Assembly (NCBI GenBank): GCA_965202585.1
Contig: OZ241827.1
Location: 77,624,001 to 77,688,000, forward strand
Source of the DNA: Thalia democratica
Lineage: Eukaryota
Direction: 5' to 3'
DNA length: 64,000 nucleotides
In this document: positions 13,601-27,024 of the stretch, one piece after another
How positions within the stretch are numbered: the first letter of the stretch is position 1
How the letters are laid out: each line of letters opens with the position of its first letter
Translations under genes and position numbers: made by a program
Notes under the pieces: generated by a model
What the model was told of the DNA's origin: nothing
Seen by the model: only the letters and a program-made list of their open reading frames with translations
The model's database searches: none

Positions 13601-15157
13601 AAAACACATTCATTTTTGAGAAAGCAATTGATCAACTCAATCGATTTTTTGTCACCAGAGAATATCAATTTACTGCAGCTTATATCCGCCTCAAATGTAA
13701 AATATTTACTTTATATAAAAGATTTTGATTAATTGCTTTTTTTATTTTAGTTTATCTCTTAATTGTATCAGTATAGGCAACGCATTGCTGTTTTATTGAT
13801 TTTCATACACAGTTCATAGTTCAGCTTTTATAAAAACAAGTTTGAAAAGTATTTTTCTAATTTCAGGCAGAAAAGGATTTAAAATTTAAGAATAGTAAAA
13901 ATAACCTTTGTGGTTTATAACGAATTATTGTCAAAAAATTACAGGTAAAATTTTTAAAACCTAAACTTTTTAAGCTGAGAGTAACTAATGTATTTGGTGA
14001 GCTTAAACCACAAAAATAAAAATAATAACTTAAACCAATATGAATTTAATTCAAATTATCCATTTACTCAGATGGAAATAAAGATTTAATGTTCTTTTTG
14101 CATCCAAATAGTGGAAATTTGTATGTATTTGGTGAACTTAATGCTGAGAAAATAAATAAGTATCAATTAACCGTGCAAATCTCAAATGGACAAGCTACTA
14201 AATCAACACAAGTAATATACTTAGTTTAGATTTACTCAAATACTAAATGCATATTTTTTAGTGTTTAATATAATTAGAATTAAATTTATTATTCTATAAA
14301 AGGTGTAGTATTTAATTACTTTCTAATTAAACTATATGTTTACAAAACAAAGTATGTGAAGAAAGAGAAATTCTAACTCTTAGGTAACAATAGAAATTGA
14401 AGATAAAAATGATAATCAACCACGATTTGATTTTCCGATAATTCGTGTGAACTTAATGGAAAACGTCCCAATAAATAGTTTAAGAACAAAATTATCAGCA
14501 AATGATGCAGATAATCAAGCTTCGAACAGAAATTTCGTTTACAAATTAGTTGGTGCTGCAGACAAAAATAGTTTGGATAAATTTACTGTCACATCAAACG
14601 GTTCGTTTTATTCTATTGCTTATATATTTCTACTCAGTAGTAGTTTTATTTGAACAATTTAAACAGGTCAAGTAAGAACATTAAGTAAATTGAATCGGGA
14701 ACGTCAAACTAAACACCATTTAATTGTTCAAGTCTCTAATCAAGGATCACCTGATCAATTTAAGGTTAAATATCTTCTACTAGTATTCCGTTATCTTTAA
14801 TTATTTCTAATATTAAATAAAAATTTATTAGAAGTTCTAGTCTGTAGACTTTATACTTTTGTACATTTATATAGTATAAAACCATGTTTATTTAAGAAAA
14901 AGTTAAAACAAATTTGCTACAGAACAACTGTTACGTCATAATTACTTTGAATGACGTGAACGAACATACCCCTGCTTTTATCAGTCAAAATTACCGAGCC
15001 CAGTTTTTAATCGATGGTGAAAACCCTAGTTTGCCTGAAACCCAACAGGTGTATCGCATGATTGAAGGTAGCAAGTTAGGCGAAATTATTTTACTTGTAG
15101 ACGCAGTAGATGACGATATCGGTCGAAATGGAAAAATCACTTACTCTATTGTTAAAG
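4617..15157 (+). pseudogene. Cadherin-repeat exons P2-P11 of copy A (degenerate block)
   Basis: Exons 4617-4794, 5070-5200, 10167-10234, 11757-11920, 12234-12384, 12580-12805, 14072-14211, 14384-14600, 14667-14764 and 14923-15157, with matching phases. The P2 acceptor is mutated (ttttcaag vs ttttcagg in copy B). P7 has TAA 12619-21 and TGA 12643-45 where copy B has CAA and CGA. Confidence 0.8.
9642..9689. promoter_or_regulatory. Candidate intronic CSL/Su(H) site plus CRE-like site, conserved in copies A, B and C
   Basis: TTCCCACG (CGTGGGAA on the minus strand) at 9642-9649 and TGACGTAA at 9682-9689. The same pair occurs at about 49289/49329 and 58668/58708. Motif match only. Confidence 0.3.
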
Positions 15158-17424
15158 GTAAATACTTATTACAGTAATTGTAAATATATATTTTCTTGAA
15201 CATTTTTTTAAATTATAAAGACAATTTTACATCAATAGTTTGCTAACAAAAAAAAAACTCTTATAGCAAACTCACATTTTAAAATATCATATTTACTAAA
15301 CGTTAACTAAAATAGTTTAGCTAGAACAGTATATTATTGTTTCATAATAAAAAAAATACTATATAAACTTAAATGTATATTTTTGTTTAAAGAATATTCT
15401 TAAAGTTTTACTAATAATCATTATTATGAGCGTTTTTTCAAAGTTTTTGGTTTTGAATAACAAAAGGCAATAGCTCTTTTATAATTTTGTTTTCATAGCA
15501 AATATTTCGAATAATTCGAGAAATATAACTTTATAATAAGCCAAACCTAATAATAGTAATAAAAGTAAAAGTAATAACATTATTTTGACTTTAATACTAT
15601 TTTTATAAAGACCTCACCTCTATAATATTTTAATTAAAAAAAAAAGTTGGTCTTTTTAGTAAATGAAATCTTAGGTCGCTCCATTGTATAAAATGAGAAA
15701 ATCAATCTTTTCTTTACGAACTTGCGCTATGAAGTATATTTTATTATATTTTCGATTTTAAATATTTTTTTTTGCTCACTTCCAAAACACTTTCAATTTA
15801 TCCTAGACCGTATTTATTTTTATAAACTATTTGTTTTTGTATTCTAAGTGTTCTAAAATATTAAATTTTTTTTCTAATGTACTAAATAATTTATAAAATG
15901 TATAAATGTAAACAATTAGTAAATTAAATATTTTCAAATTTAAAAAGTAAATGATATTGAAATTCTTGACAAAAAAGTTCAAAACTAAACAAATTGGTTC
16001 CCTTAGTAGCATTACGTAAAAAAAAAGAATAAATGACAATTTTTGGTTCTAAGTTCTTTGAAATAAGACTACTAATTTAAAAACAGACAATGAGTTGGAA
16101 ACGCGTCAGGTTTTAGTATAACTGACAATTATATGTCACATATTACTTTGCCACTTTGTAATTACTTTATACTAACAAACACTTTCAAAAGTTAAATTAA
16201 AATTGAACATTTTAGCAATGCAAAATCATTATTAGTTTCAGTTTGTTTATTAGCTTTAGTTTTAGGCAAAATTATGAAATTTTATGAAATTAGTTTTAAA
16301 ATTAGGTTGACCTTAGTAAAGTTATACATTTTATCAGATAGTTTGTTGAATTTTTAAATTTTTGCAAAAGTTTAACCTATATAAAGTACAAGATATCCGT
16401 ACTTACTATAAAATAGTGGTTTTTAGTCCTAAAAAATCTGCAATAAAATAATTATCTTACTAGAAACATTTATGATTTGCATCAAAACAATAACAGATGT
16501 TTACAAAACTCTTAAAATCTACCTAAAACTGATCTTTTTAAACATTGAAAGTTCTGACACATAATTCAATAATCCAATTGATACCAGTCTGCATCAAGTA
16601 ACTTATACCGGTTTCAAAATAATTAGTAATGCTAATTGTTTTTAATATTTAATTACCTGTCAGATTAATCACCAATTCGTTTCCTCTGGTTTGTTAGAGA
16701 TCAATGAACAAAAATAAAATTTCGTGAGTGTCATTTAGAAAATTTAATTAGTTATTAAATTTACTTTATTGGAATTCATTATTAATGTTTATTTTAGACA
16801 GACACATGCTATTGAAAATTGTTGCTAACTAAACAGATTGAGATTTTTACTTAATACTTTTATTGTATAGCAGATTTAGGTAGCTATAAATGTATTCAAC
16901 AATTTAAAGCAAATTTAAAGAAATTAGTTTATGTTACTATCAAAAACACTATTAAAATAACAGTATATTACGTTTTAGCAATTTAATGAAACAGTTTATT
17001 AACGATGTGTGCAAATTTTCCTAGTAGACTTTAGCACTAAGTTTTGTAGAGCTTTCAAGTCCCATTATGACGTACGACTGTTGAAATTTGCTGAAAACAA
17101 ACAAAAGCACAAACTTTATGTCTGGCTCAAATTTATATTATTAAACAAATATTCTGTACTTAGGCGCGTTAAATTTATACCTAATATTTACCTTTTAATG
17201 AAGTTTTTTGAAAACCAAAGCTTTTCAAGAAATTAGTTCTTAAAAATCAGTTACTTATAAATTAGTACTGGTTTGTATTAACCTAAATTATTAATAATCT
17301 TTTTTTTTACGACATTGATGTATTAAATAAAACATTTAGTTTTATTTTTTTGTTCAAGATGTATGGACGTATATGCGTTTATTGTACAACACTAAAAATT
17401 ATAAACATAACCTTATTTTTTTAG

Positions 17425-19184
17425 GCAACAACGCTAGAGTATGGAGAATTGACGAAACCACCAGTGGTTTGAGCGCTGTCAAGTGGCCAACAATTCAAAA
17501 TGAAAACAGCGACATTGTGCGGACAAAAATTTTAACAGTAGAAGCTCGCAATGGCGGTCAAAATTCTCGCGCTTCAAGAATGAACGTTTCAATTGAAATA
17601 AGAAACTTTAGAGACAGTTCTCCTCAATTTAATAATGACGTCATTCATGTTAGCATCGCTGAAAACACAACTGTTGGAAGGTAAGATATTAACATTAACA
17701 GTATTTAGTTATCAAAAGCAAACTAATAATTGTCAATTTTTATTTCAGCTTGGTTGCCAAGGTAACAGCTTCCGGTCCAGCCGGTATATTTTATGACGTC
17801 ACAATAGGTGATTCTGATCACTTCCGGTTGGATTGGTTCACGGGCAGGGTGACTCTTTTGTTGCCGCTCGATTACGAAACTCGTCGCGATTACGTCTTGT
17901 GCGTCAAAGTGAGGGGCGGTGACGTAATGATGACATCATTAATGCAATTAAAAATTCATGTCACTGATGTTAATGATAACAGGTTAAAACTCTAACAATA
18001 TAAATAACTTAAAATTTTAACAGCGATTGTTTTACAAACAAAAGTTTTGTTGTAGTAGTATAAAACGCAAAAATACATATTTTAGGCCTGTTCTTGATCA
18101 GACAAGATATTCATCAAAAATTTACGCGAATTCATCTGATCAAAGTGTAACGTCGCAATTATTTGACGAACAAGGTAACGTCTTAAAAGTGGAAGCGCAT
18201 GATATAGATACTGGATTAGGGGGATCGCTTAAGTATCAAATAATTGCTCTCTCATCTGAAGATCAGGATTTCATTGATGACAAATTTTTAGTGGACGAAA
18301 GAAGCGGTGCTATTCTGAAACTTAATGGAAACCTTCTCTTTGACCATTCTTACAATAACATCTATCAATTCATGGTAAAATTAGTTTTTTTAGTGTATAC
18401 GTTAAGAAAAATAGTTAAGTTAAAGATTTACTTTGATCAGTTATAGTGTTTTTTTTAATTAAACATTTTTATTAAGGTTCAAGTGACAGACAGAGGAAGT
18501 CCTCCTCTTGTAGCAACTGAAAGAGCTTACGTCACTGTACAATCAATTTCTCATTATTCTTTAAAATTTGCTAAAAATCGCTATACGGTAGAAGTACAGC
18601 CACCTTTTGTGCCTGGATTTTTGATTCCAGTAAATTTAGAAGTCGTTGAAAACGGCTTCAATTCAAAATCAAAGTTAGAATACTCAATAGAGCCGGAAAA
18701 CTCATATTTTGAAATAAACAGACACAATGGCGAAATTAAAACATTTTCAAATCTAATTCCACATCAAAAAAAAACAACACTAAATGTAAAAGTATCAACC
18801 AAAGAAACTAGTTCTTATACTATTGTCAAAATAGTTCTTCTTGAACCTTATAGTGGTGATCTAAAATTAAAAGAGATATATGTCGAAGAAAATTTAAAAT
18901 AAGTATGTCAGTATAGTTTCATAACACATTTATTTTTAATTCAAATTAAACAAAGATCTAATTCTGACGAATTGTGTATAAGAACTTTACTATTTTTCAA
19001 CCTTTAATAAGGATTTTAAATTTTCAGGGAAAAGCATTGTATACATTGGCAAGTATTCACAACACAGTAGATGTTGACTGTGTTTACACTTTATTGAATC
19101 CAAATCCACATTTCAACGTTGTTGGATCTGCTATTCTTACCACCAATGTAACACTAGATATCAGATACAAATTCTTATCATAAA
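17425..19184 (+). pseudogene. Cadherin-repeat exons E12-E16 (contain a nonsense codon and a frameshift)
   Basis: Exons 17425-17680, 17749-17982, 18086-18374, 18477-18902 and 19028-19184. E15 ends EENLK-TAA|gtatgt. E16 is 157 nt between two phase-0 junctions, with the frame changing near LDI..DTNSYHK. Confidence 0.8.
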
Positions 19185-19322
19185 GTACGTTACAAATGAA
19201 TTAAAAAACTAATGTCAATATAATTAACATAAACCAAATAAATTTAGATTTATCACTATACTTTAGTTTTATTTAAGTTGTTGTATATTTAAACTATTAA
19301 CAAACAAAATTAAAACTTTCAG

Positions 19323-22300
19323 CTGTTAGTTGAAACAAATTATCCAGCTTCAAGTCGAAGTAGTCGAACTGAAATAAAGGTAAATGTCGTAGATGTGAAT
19401 GATAATGCACCTGAAATTTTACAACAACCGATTAACATATTTATACCTAGAAATGGTAAAATTGGAACAGCTGTCAAACAGGTTAATATTCATTTAGGTG
19501 ATATAACGTATTTCAAATCAAATTTAATATTTGATTTAAGGCTAAATATTTATTTTACTACAATTGTTTATAGAATACTAAACAAACATATCTCCAGATC
19601 AAGGCAATTGACAGAAGTTTTGGTCCAAACTCCCAAATTAAATTCAGTTTGAACGGTCCTGGTACTAAATACCTGAGAATAAATCCTAAAAGCGGATTGG
19701 TCACCACCAGAACTTACAAGTCACGTGAAGTCAGAACGACTAATGACGTCACGATAATCGCGGAAGATCAAGGTAAACCCCAATTGCGAAAAGAAGTGAA
19801 AGCGACTTTGCACTTCACAAACGGAAACCCGCTTTCAAAAGAGGTGAAATCCCCTGTTTTTGTAAAAGCGCGGGAAAATTTACGCATAGGAAGTTTAGTG
19901 ACTGATGAAATTGGATCGCAGTTTACAGATTCTGTTGAGAAAGCAAATTTTGAAATTGTTGATGGAGATCCTGAAAGTAAATTCCAAATTGATTTTAAAA
20001 CTGGTAAGTTATTATCTCAAATTAATTTTGAATACAATATAATTTCTTTAAAAAATGAAATGAACAAGCGATTGTTACTAAACTAATTGTTATTTAAAGT
20101 AAGCTATAAAAGTATTATAAAAAACTAGTAGTTTTCTTGAATATAAACCACTTTTTAGGAGCTTTATATACTCGAAAAAGTTTGGATAGAGAAAAACAAG
20201 ATACTTACCAGTTACAAGTGAGAATATTAGAACAAAACAGAAACTCAATCGCTTCAGTAACTGTTTTTGTTAATATTCAAGACGAAAACGATAATCCACC
20301 TATTTTTCAAAATAGCTTTTATTCAGTAAACATTAAAGAAAACTTGCCATCTAAATCGTTTGTTATCAGAGTAAGTTGATGTTAACTAGATATTTTTTTA
20401 TTAAAAATAAAGTTGTTTTAAGTTTTAATTTATTTATGTTATAATAGTTTTTATTTACAGTATAATCTGAGCTATACTCAACAAACTTTTCTTAAAAGAT
20501 TGATTGTGAATGTGATCATGAATTTTTTACAGTTTATTTTATCCTTTAATTTTGCTGTAACTCAACCTTAAGCTATACAAATGACATTGTTTTGCCTAAA
20601 GTTTGAAGCTTAAGTTTTAAAAGTGCGCATGAAATATGCGATTTAAAAATAATAGTTTTATATTTATTTAGGTACAAGCTACTGATGCAGACATAGAAAG
20701 CAACGCAATGATCAAATATACAATTCTATCCGGACACGAAAGTTTCGAAGTTGATGAAAATAGCGGAGTCATATCAACATCTGGTAATATTGACAGAGAA
20801 GAAGTTTCTCAGTTTATATTTACAGTAAGAGCAAGTGATTGTGGAAACCAGTCAATGTTTTCAGATGCTGAAGTTGTTGTTTTTGTTGATGATGTTAATG
20901 ATAATCCTCCATTTTTCTCTAATGTAAGTGTTTTTGTTAAAGTAAACATATCAGTGGAACCTTAAAAGCTCATATTTTCGTATAAAGTAACTAAAATTCA
21001 CGATTTTTTTTTCAATGGTTTATGTTTAAGTTTTTATTATTATTATTTTTACTAGAAAGTAATGTCTTAAGAAGAACTTAACCTTTAGTAAAATGTTATT
21101 AATGCAGAAAAATGAAGTGTTATCTGTATGCACTCTAATTGAGCCTGGATCAAAAATAGGTCAAGTAAGAGCTTACGATTTAGATGTTACTGATCAAAAT
21201 AGTTTGAAATACTTCATTGAAACTGATGGTCCAATAAATATAGATAAGGAGTCAGGTTTGCTAATTTTATAAAATATTATTTTTATGAGTGTTCATTAAA
21301 AAACAATAAAGTTGAAAAAAATTAGTATGCAAAGCTTATAAGTTATATAAAATACTCAAATTTAAAATTTACTTATAAAATTTAATTTCTACAACGTTTC
21401 TACTTACAGGTGAAGTATTTTTAAATGATCTAACTGAACCATATGAAAAACGAAACAATATTTATGCAATAACAATTGTTTCTGATGGAGTATATTCCAC
21501 ATCTACTAATCTTCAAATTAAATTTGTTACTAAATCTGCACGAGTATTAGAGTTTCATGATTGCTCAATTATGTTGAAGCCTAAAGTTTTCCGTATAAAA
21601 GAAGATGTTCCAATAAACACTTTTGTCGGAAAAGTAAGTATACGCTAGTTTTAAGATACTTGGTTTAGTATTCCTATATTTTAACTAATATTTTTCAGCT
21701 AAATTTATCATCTGGTTCTGTTAATCCAGTAATATTCACCATTGAAACGACAACTTCTGATTCTTCTCGATTTAGGGTAATTCCCTCAACTGGAGAGTTG
21801 TTCACTCAAGATTCCATCAGAAGAGAGTTTCTCACATCTACAAATGACATCATAAGATTTGTTGTTACAGCTCAGTCGAGCTCAGGTTTGATAATTGTTT
21901 AAAACTAATTAAATGTATATAAAAAATTATGCTAAATTTTGGTTTTACCTTATAGTTTTAAACAACATACCTGATTATACTAGGTTAATTTCTTACTAAA
22001 ACGTCTAATTGGTTTATATATGATACTAATTTGACATAGACTTATTCAAAGATAACAACAAATTACGCTATTAATTAAAAAAAAATGTTTTGAACTATTT
22101 TGATATATTGTTAATTTAATATATTCTCCTAGTTTATGTAACTTGTATACATATGTTACAGAAACTAAGATAACAAAACAATTATTGTATATGTTACAAC
22201 TTATTGAAAAGTTATTCGTTTACAGATATAGCAAGGTGTGAGACTGTTATTGTTATTCAAGACGTCAACAATAATAAACCTGAATTTGATAGAAAAAATT

Positions 22301-25300
22301 ATCAAGGAATTGTCGTAATTAATCAAACGATTGCCGGTGAACACTTACTGAAAGTTTGTATTTTGGTTGTTAATTTTACAATTTATTATAATAATAAGAA
22401 GGATTTGTACTTATTTGAAACTAAAAAACTAATTATGCAATAATTTAAAAGATAAAAGCATCAGATAATGACATTGGAGTGAATGGAAAAGTATCTTACA
22501 ACTGGTACGATAAAAATAACAATGCTTTTCAATATTTTGATACTATTACTGATAGTGGAATAATCTATTTGAAAAAGCCACTGACGGAAAAGGGTTTAAA
22601 TTGATTTTTTTTTAATTCAAGTTTTTATTATAAATATGATTGATTAGTTATTTAGCTTATAAAAGTGGAATTGAAATAATATGTGCATATATCAGTTTAT
22701 TTTATTTGTTTTTCGTAATATAAAGTTAAATATTTGTTGAATGTCTCAGTCGTGAAACGAACGGAAGTTTTAAATTGAAGCAGACATTAATAAATAAGTA
22801 AATTTAACACCTGCAACAATAAATTTATTGTCTGAAATAATTTTACACTTACTACTTATAAACAGCACAGTTGCAAACAATTGGTTATTTTGTTGCAGAT
22901 GAAGAAAGTTTTAGTTTTTTTATTCAAGCAATAGACGGAGATGGGAAATATTCTCTTGTTGGAGTGAATATTAATGTTATTTCAACAACAATTCAGTTAC
23001 CAGTTTTTGAAAAAAGCATAATAAACGTTGTTGTACCTGAAGATATAGCTATACGATATAAAGTAAGTTTCCCATTTTTTTACAAATTGTCTTTGTATTA
23101 TTAATCGTTAAATAAACTATGAGTATGCATTGTGACGAAAGAAACTTTCAGAAATAAGTTGAACAGTAAGTCACAAAATATTATATTTATTTCAAGTGTT
23201 ATACAAACATTTAACTTATATTTAAAAACATACAATATAAGTTGAAATAGTAGAGAATAAAAACTGATTAGATTTAATTTATATACTATTCATTATAGAT
23301 TGCTCAACCACAAGCTTTAGCAAAAAACCGAGAAATTTACTACAAATTTGCAAATCATCAAGGTAATTACTTTTATACATATCAATGCTATCATAATAAA
23401 CCATGATAACTTGGCAATAATTTTTTGTCAAGTACAAAACTGTTAAGTAATTTTTGAAGTTTTTGTTGAAAACTATTTAAACCAAGTGAAAATTTTTGCT
23501 AAACAATAAAGTAATAAAGTTGAAAGGTATTCAATGAGAAAATAATCGTCATAACTAAGTTACAAATATATGATAATAAAACAAACAGATGGTGATGAAA
23601 CACAAACGAGAAACTTCAAAATAAACAAACTGAATGGAGCAATTACCCTAACACAAGAGTTAGATTATGAAAATAAAAATTATTTTGAGCTTATTGTAGT
23701 TGCATATGTAAGAGAAGAAACTGAACTTATGGCTGAATCTAAAGTAAGAAAAACTTTCTTGAAGTTTTAAAAAACTGTTTAATTGAAGTAAACAATTCAA
23801 TTTCAAAGAAATTATACTGTTAGGTTTAATAATATATATTTGTAAACAACACAAAATATATTGCTTATTCAGATAACAATTGAAATTGAAGACATAAACG
23901 ACAATCCACCTCAGTTTGATAGTCTTTCATATAAAACTTTTGTTGTTGAAAATAAATTGCCATATGAACCGCTTGTACAAGTCAAATGTAGTGATAAAGA
24001 CTCTACAAAATATTCAACTATCAAGTATAGGTAACGATTTGAACTAAAATACCAAATATTTATACTGTCTTTTTTAAAAACTAAAAGAAACTAGATACTA
24101 CATATAAATTAGATTTCATTTAATTGCTTTTTGTTGGCAGTAAAGTGTAAAATTACTGAAGTTAACTCAAATGAATTTAATTAAATTTTCGTAAATAAGT
24201 TTAGTTTAGTTGATAGTACTGCTTAATTAATAAAATATAAAACAACACTGAGTTTTGTAAACTGAATTATTTTTTTTCAGGTTCAATGAAAGTCATCCAT
24301 CTTTTAATATCAACCCAGTGTCTGGGATGGTTTCCCTGAAAAAATCTCTGGACAGAGAAAACTACATTGAAACAAAAGGAACAATTAGTCTCAAAGTGTC
24401 TTGCACAGACGGAAAATATGTTGATAGTTCAAACATAATTGTCACAATTAAAGATGTTAATGACAGAAAAGCTGTGTTTAAAACCGACTCAAACCAGTTT
24501 AATATTTCTGAAGGGTAAGTGTTGTATAAAAACTATAGAAGTTTAAATATTTATGTGGTCAAACAAAATTATTTTTTTTGTTTCTTTCAGGGCTAAAGCA
24601 GGATACAAAACAGCATCAGTAATGTCAGCGGTAGATCAAGATTCTTCAACAAATGCTTCACTTGTAACAACAAGTATTATTAAAGGAGATCCTCTTCATT
24701 ATTTCGATGTGTTTTTTCAATCGAAACACTCTTTAGAAGCTTCAGGAATGTACTTAAACATTGGATTTGAAGTAAGGATTTGCTTATGTTTAAACTTAAA
24801 TGCTTTGTATTACAAAGTGTTGTAATAATTCTTCTATTCTTAGGTTGCTAATGATATTGATTCAAACATTCCTGATGTAAATGAAGTTACTGTCTCAGTT
24901 TTTGACGGAATTCATCACTCTTATGCACAAGCTACTATAAACATTGTAAACCGAAAGTACAAACTACCAATTGGAAAACCGCTTTGCAAAAAGGTCGACT
25001 TCTTTTATTCCACTTTAGTTACTACGTTTTATACTTAAAATAGCTTTACAAATTAAAAAAATACATTATTACAAGATATAACAACTATATGCTACGGTCG
25101 TTAAATACATTTTATTTTTTTACAGCTTTTTTACAACGTATCTGTCAATGAAAACAATAAAGTAAACTCACAAATAGCTACAATCGACATTGCAGACAAA
25201 TATAGTAAAGCTATTTACACTTTGATTGGAGAATTTAAAAATAGATTTTCATTCGATGAAAGTACTGGTTAGTAAAACTTTAAAAGTAAACCAACAGTTC

Positions 25301-26844
25301 TATAACTATAATACTATCTAAATATACTTTTTTTAGGAATAATTTATGCGACTGAAAGTTTAGACAGAGAAGAAAGAGATAGCTACCACTTAAACCTTCA
25401 AGTTAAGTACTCGAACGATTTAAAGTGCCTGATACAGGTAAAAAAAATTAAAACAACTAGATTAATTAATCATTCAAAAAAAAACGATTATGTCTTACTC
25501 AAACTTATTTTCTAGATCTTTATAAAAGTGTTAGATGTGAATGACAACTGGCCAACATTTACAAAAAGTCAATTGAGGGTTCGTGTAAAAGAAGATTCGG
25601 TTGTGGGAAGCGTTGTTTGTCAATTTGCTGCATTTGATGCTGACATTGGTTTGTTTTTTGAAATCAGCTACAACTACCTGAATAAAAAAATAAACTTAGT
25701 TTAAAACAAAATAAAAAACATTTTTTTAAGATTATTTTTTGTTTCCAAACTATAAATAAGTTTAAAAACAAAAAGACACATAGTATTTTATTTTAACTCC
25801 TTTAACTAACATTTTAGGTGAAAACTCTCAACTGAAATATGCTCTACAACGTCACAGTTTAGATTCAGTTCCTTTTGAAATTGATGAAAAACATGGTTAT
25901 TTGATATTACAAAGACCCGTTGATCGTGAAATTAGAGACAAATACCTTTTCAACATTACTGTTAGTTAAATTTTTTCTTGAAATTCATATAACTTTAGTT
26001 ACAATTTTAATAAAGTTTCTTAAGCAGTTAAAGCTACAATAGGTGAAGTTTTATTTTGTCGACTAAGCTGAAGAAAATTGGCAAACATGCTTTGATTTTC
26101 AAACATAGAAAAATATTGTTAACTCTATACACGAGATACAACTATAGTTTTACTATAATTCTTTTTAAAGGTAAAAGACCAAGGGATTCCAGTTAAGTCA
26201 ACATCAGTTCAAGTTAATTTAAGAGTAACAGACGTGAATGACAATGCTCCTGTATTCAATCAAACAAGTGTTAGCTTTCAGTATTTAAAATGTTTTATGA
26301 CTAAAAATCCGTTGACCGTTACTTATTTACCATAAATTTTACTTTACAAAGAGTGGTGTGCTTTACTCTAACAAAATACAAAATTTAATAAAGAAACCTT
26401 TTAATTGTATAATTAATATTAATCGACTCTTTTTTTTCAGTACAAAGCTGAGGTTAAGGAAAGTGCCAAAATTAGCCATCTAGTGGCAAAAGTTGAAGCA
26501 TTCAGTTTAGACGATGGAGTAAATGCGGATTTGCAATACCTCATTGTTGGAGGAAATGAGCTTAACAAGTTTCAAATCGACAGTAGATCAGGTATAAGAG
26601 AATGACTTAAAAAATAACTACTTAAATCATTTATATAGTGACAACATTCAAATACAACTTTCATTCAAATACAGGAGAAGTTGTTCTTCTTGATGAAGTG
26701 GATTATGAGATGAACAAATATTTTGTGTTGACAGTCCGGGCGCAGGATCTTACAGATGACCCACTTATGAGCGACACTTCTCTCAACATACGTGTCATTG
26801 ACGTCAATGACAACAAACCTACTTTTAACAACATCAATTTTCCT
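19323..26844 (+). CDS. FAT1/FAT3-like: Uninterrupted cadherin-repeat exons E17-E39
   Basis: Exons 19323-19481, 19598-20003, 20159-20370, 20672-20923, 21108-21255, 21410-21633, 21699-21885, 22226-22353, 22452-22593, 22899-23062, 23299-23362, 23589-23743, 23873-24030, 24281-24514, 24591-24771, 24844-24993, 25126-25267, 25337-25437, 25516-25648, 25818-25960, 26171-26269, 26441-26591 and 26675-26844. All are GT-AG and phase-compatible with no stops; motifs include SLDREKQD, QDENDNPP, ELDYENK, DVNDNAP. Confidence 0.85.
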
Positions 26845-27024
26845 GTGAGTATAAACTGTTTGAATAAAAAGGTTTAAATAAAAAGCTAATGTCTTTTGTC
26901 TTTCAAATTAAAGATATTCGAAAGTCAACTATTATTTATTATTTTGTAAAAAGTTCAAATCTGGTCATAGTTCGTGCTTAAATCGTAATTTAGATTCAGT
27001 TTTCAAACAAGTTGTTATTTTCAG

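Noticed and set aside
15827-17236. Short AT-rich ORFs here and similar ones at 30926, 33648, 37391, 38178, 38590, 46650, 59769 and 62989
   Set aside because: F/L/I/K/N-rich translations typical of random AT-rich non-coding DNA; none resembles a transposase or known protein.
24994-24999. Weak donor gtcgac (also gtcggt at 721 and gtcagt at 11921)
   Set aside because: Still canonical GT with consistent exon phases; no evidence for minor-spliceosome or non-canonical introns.
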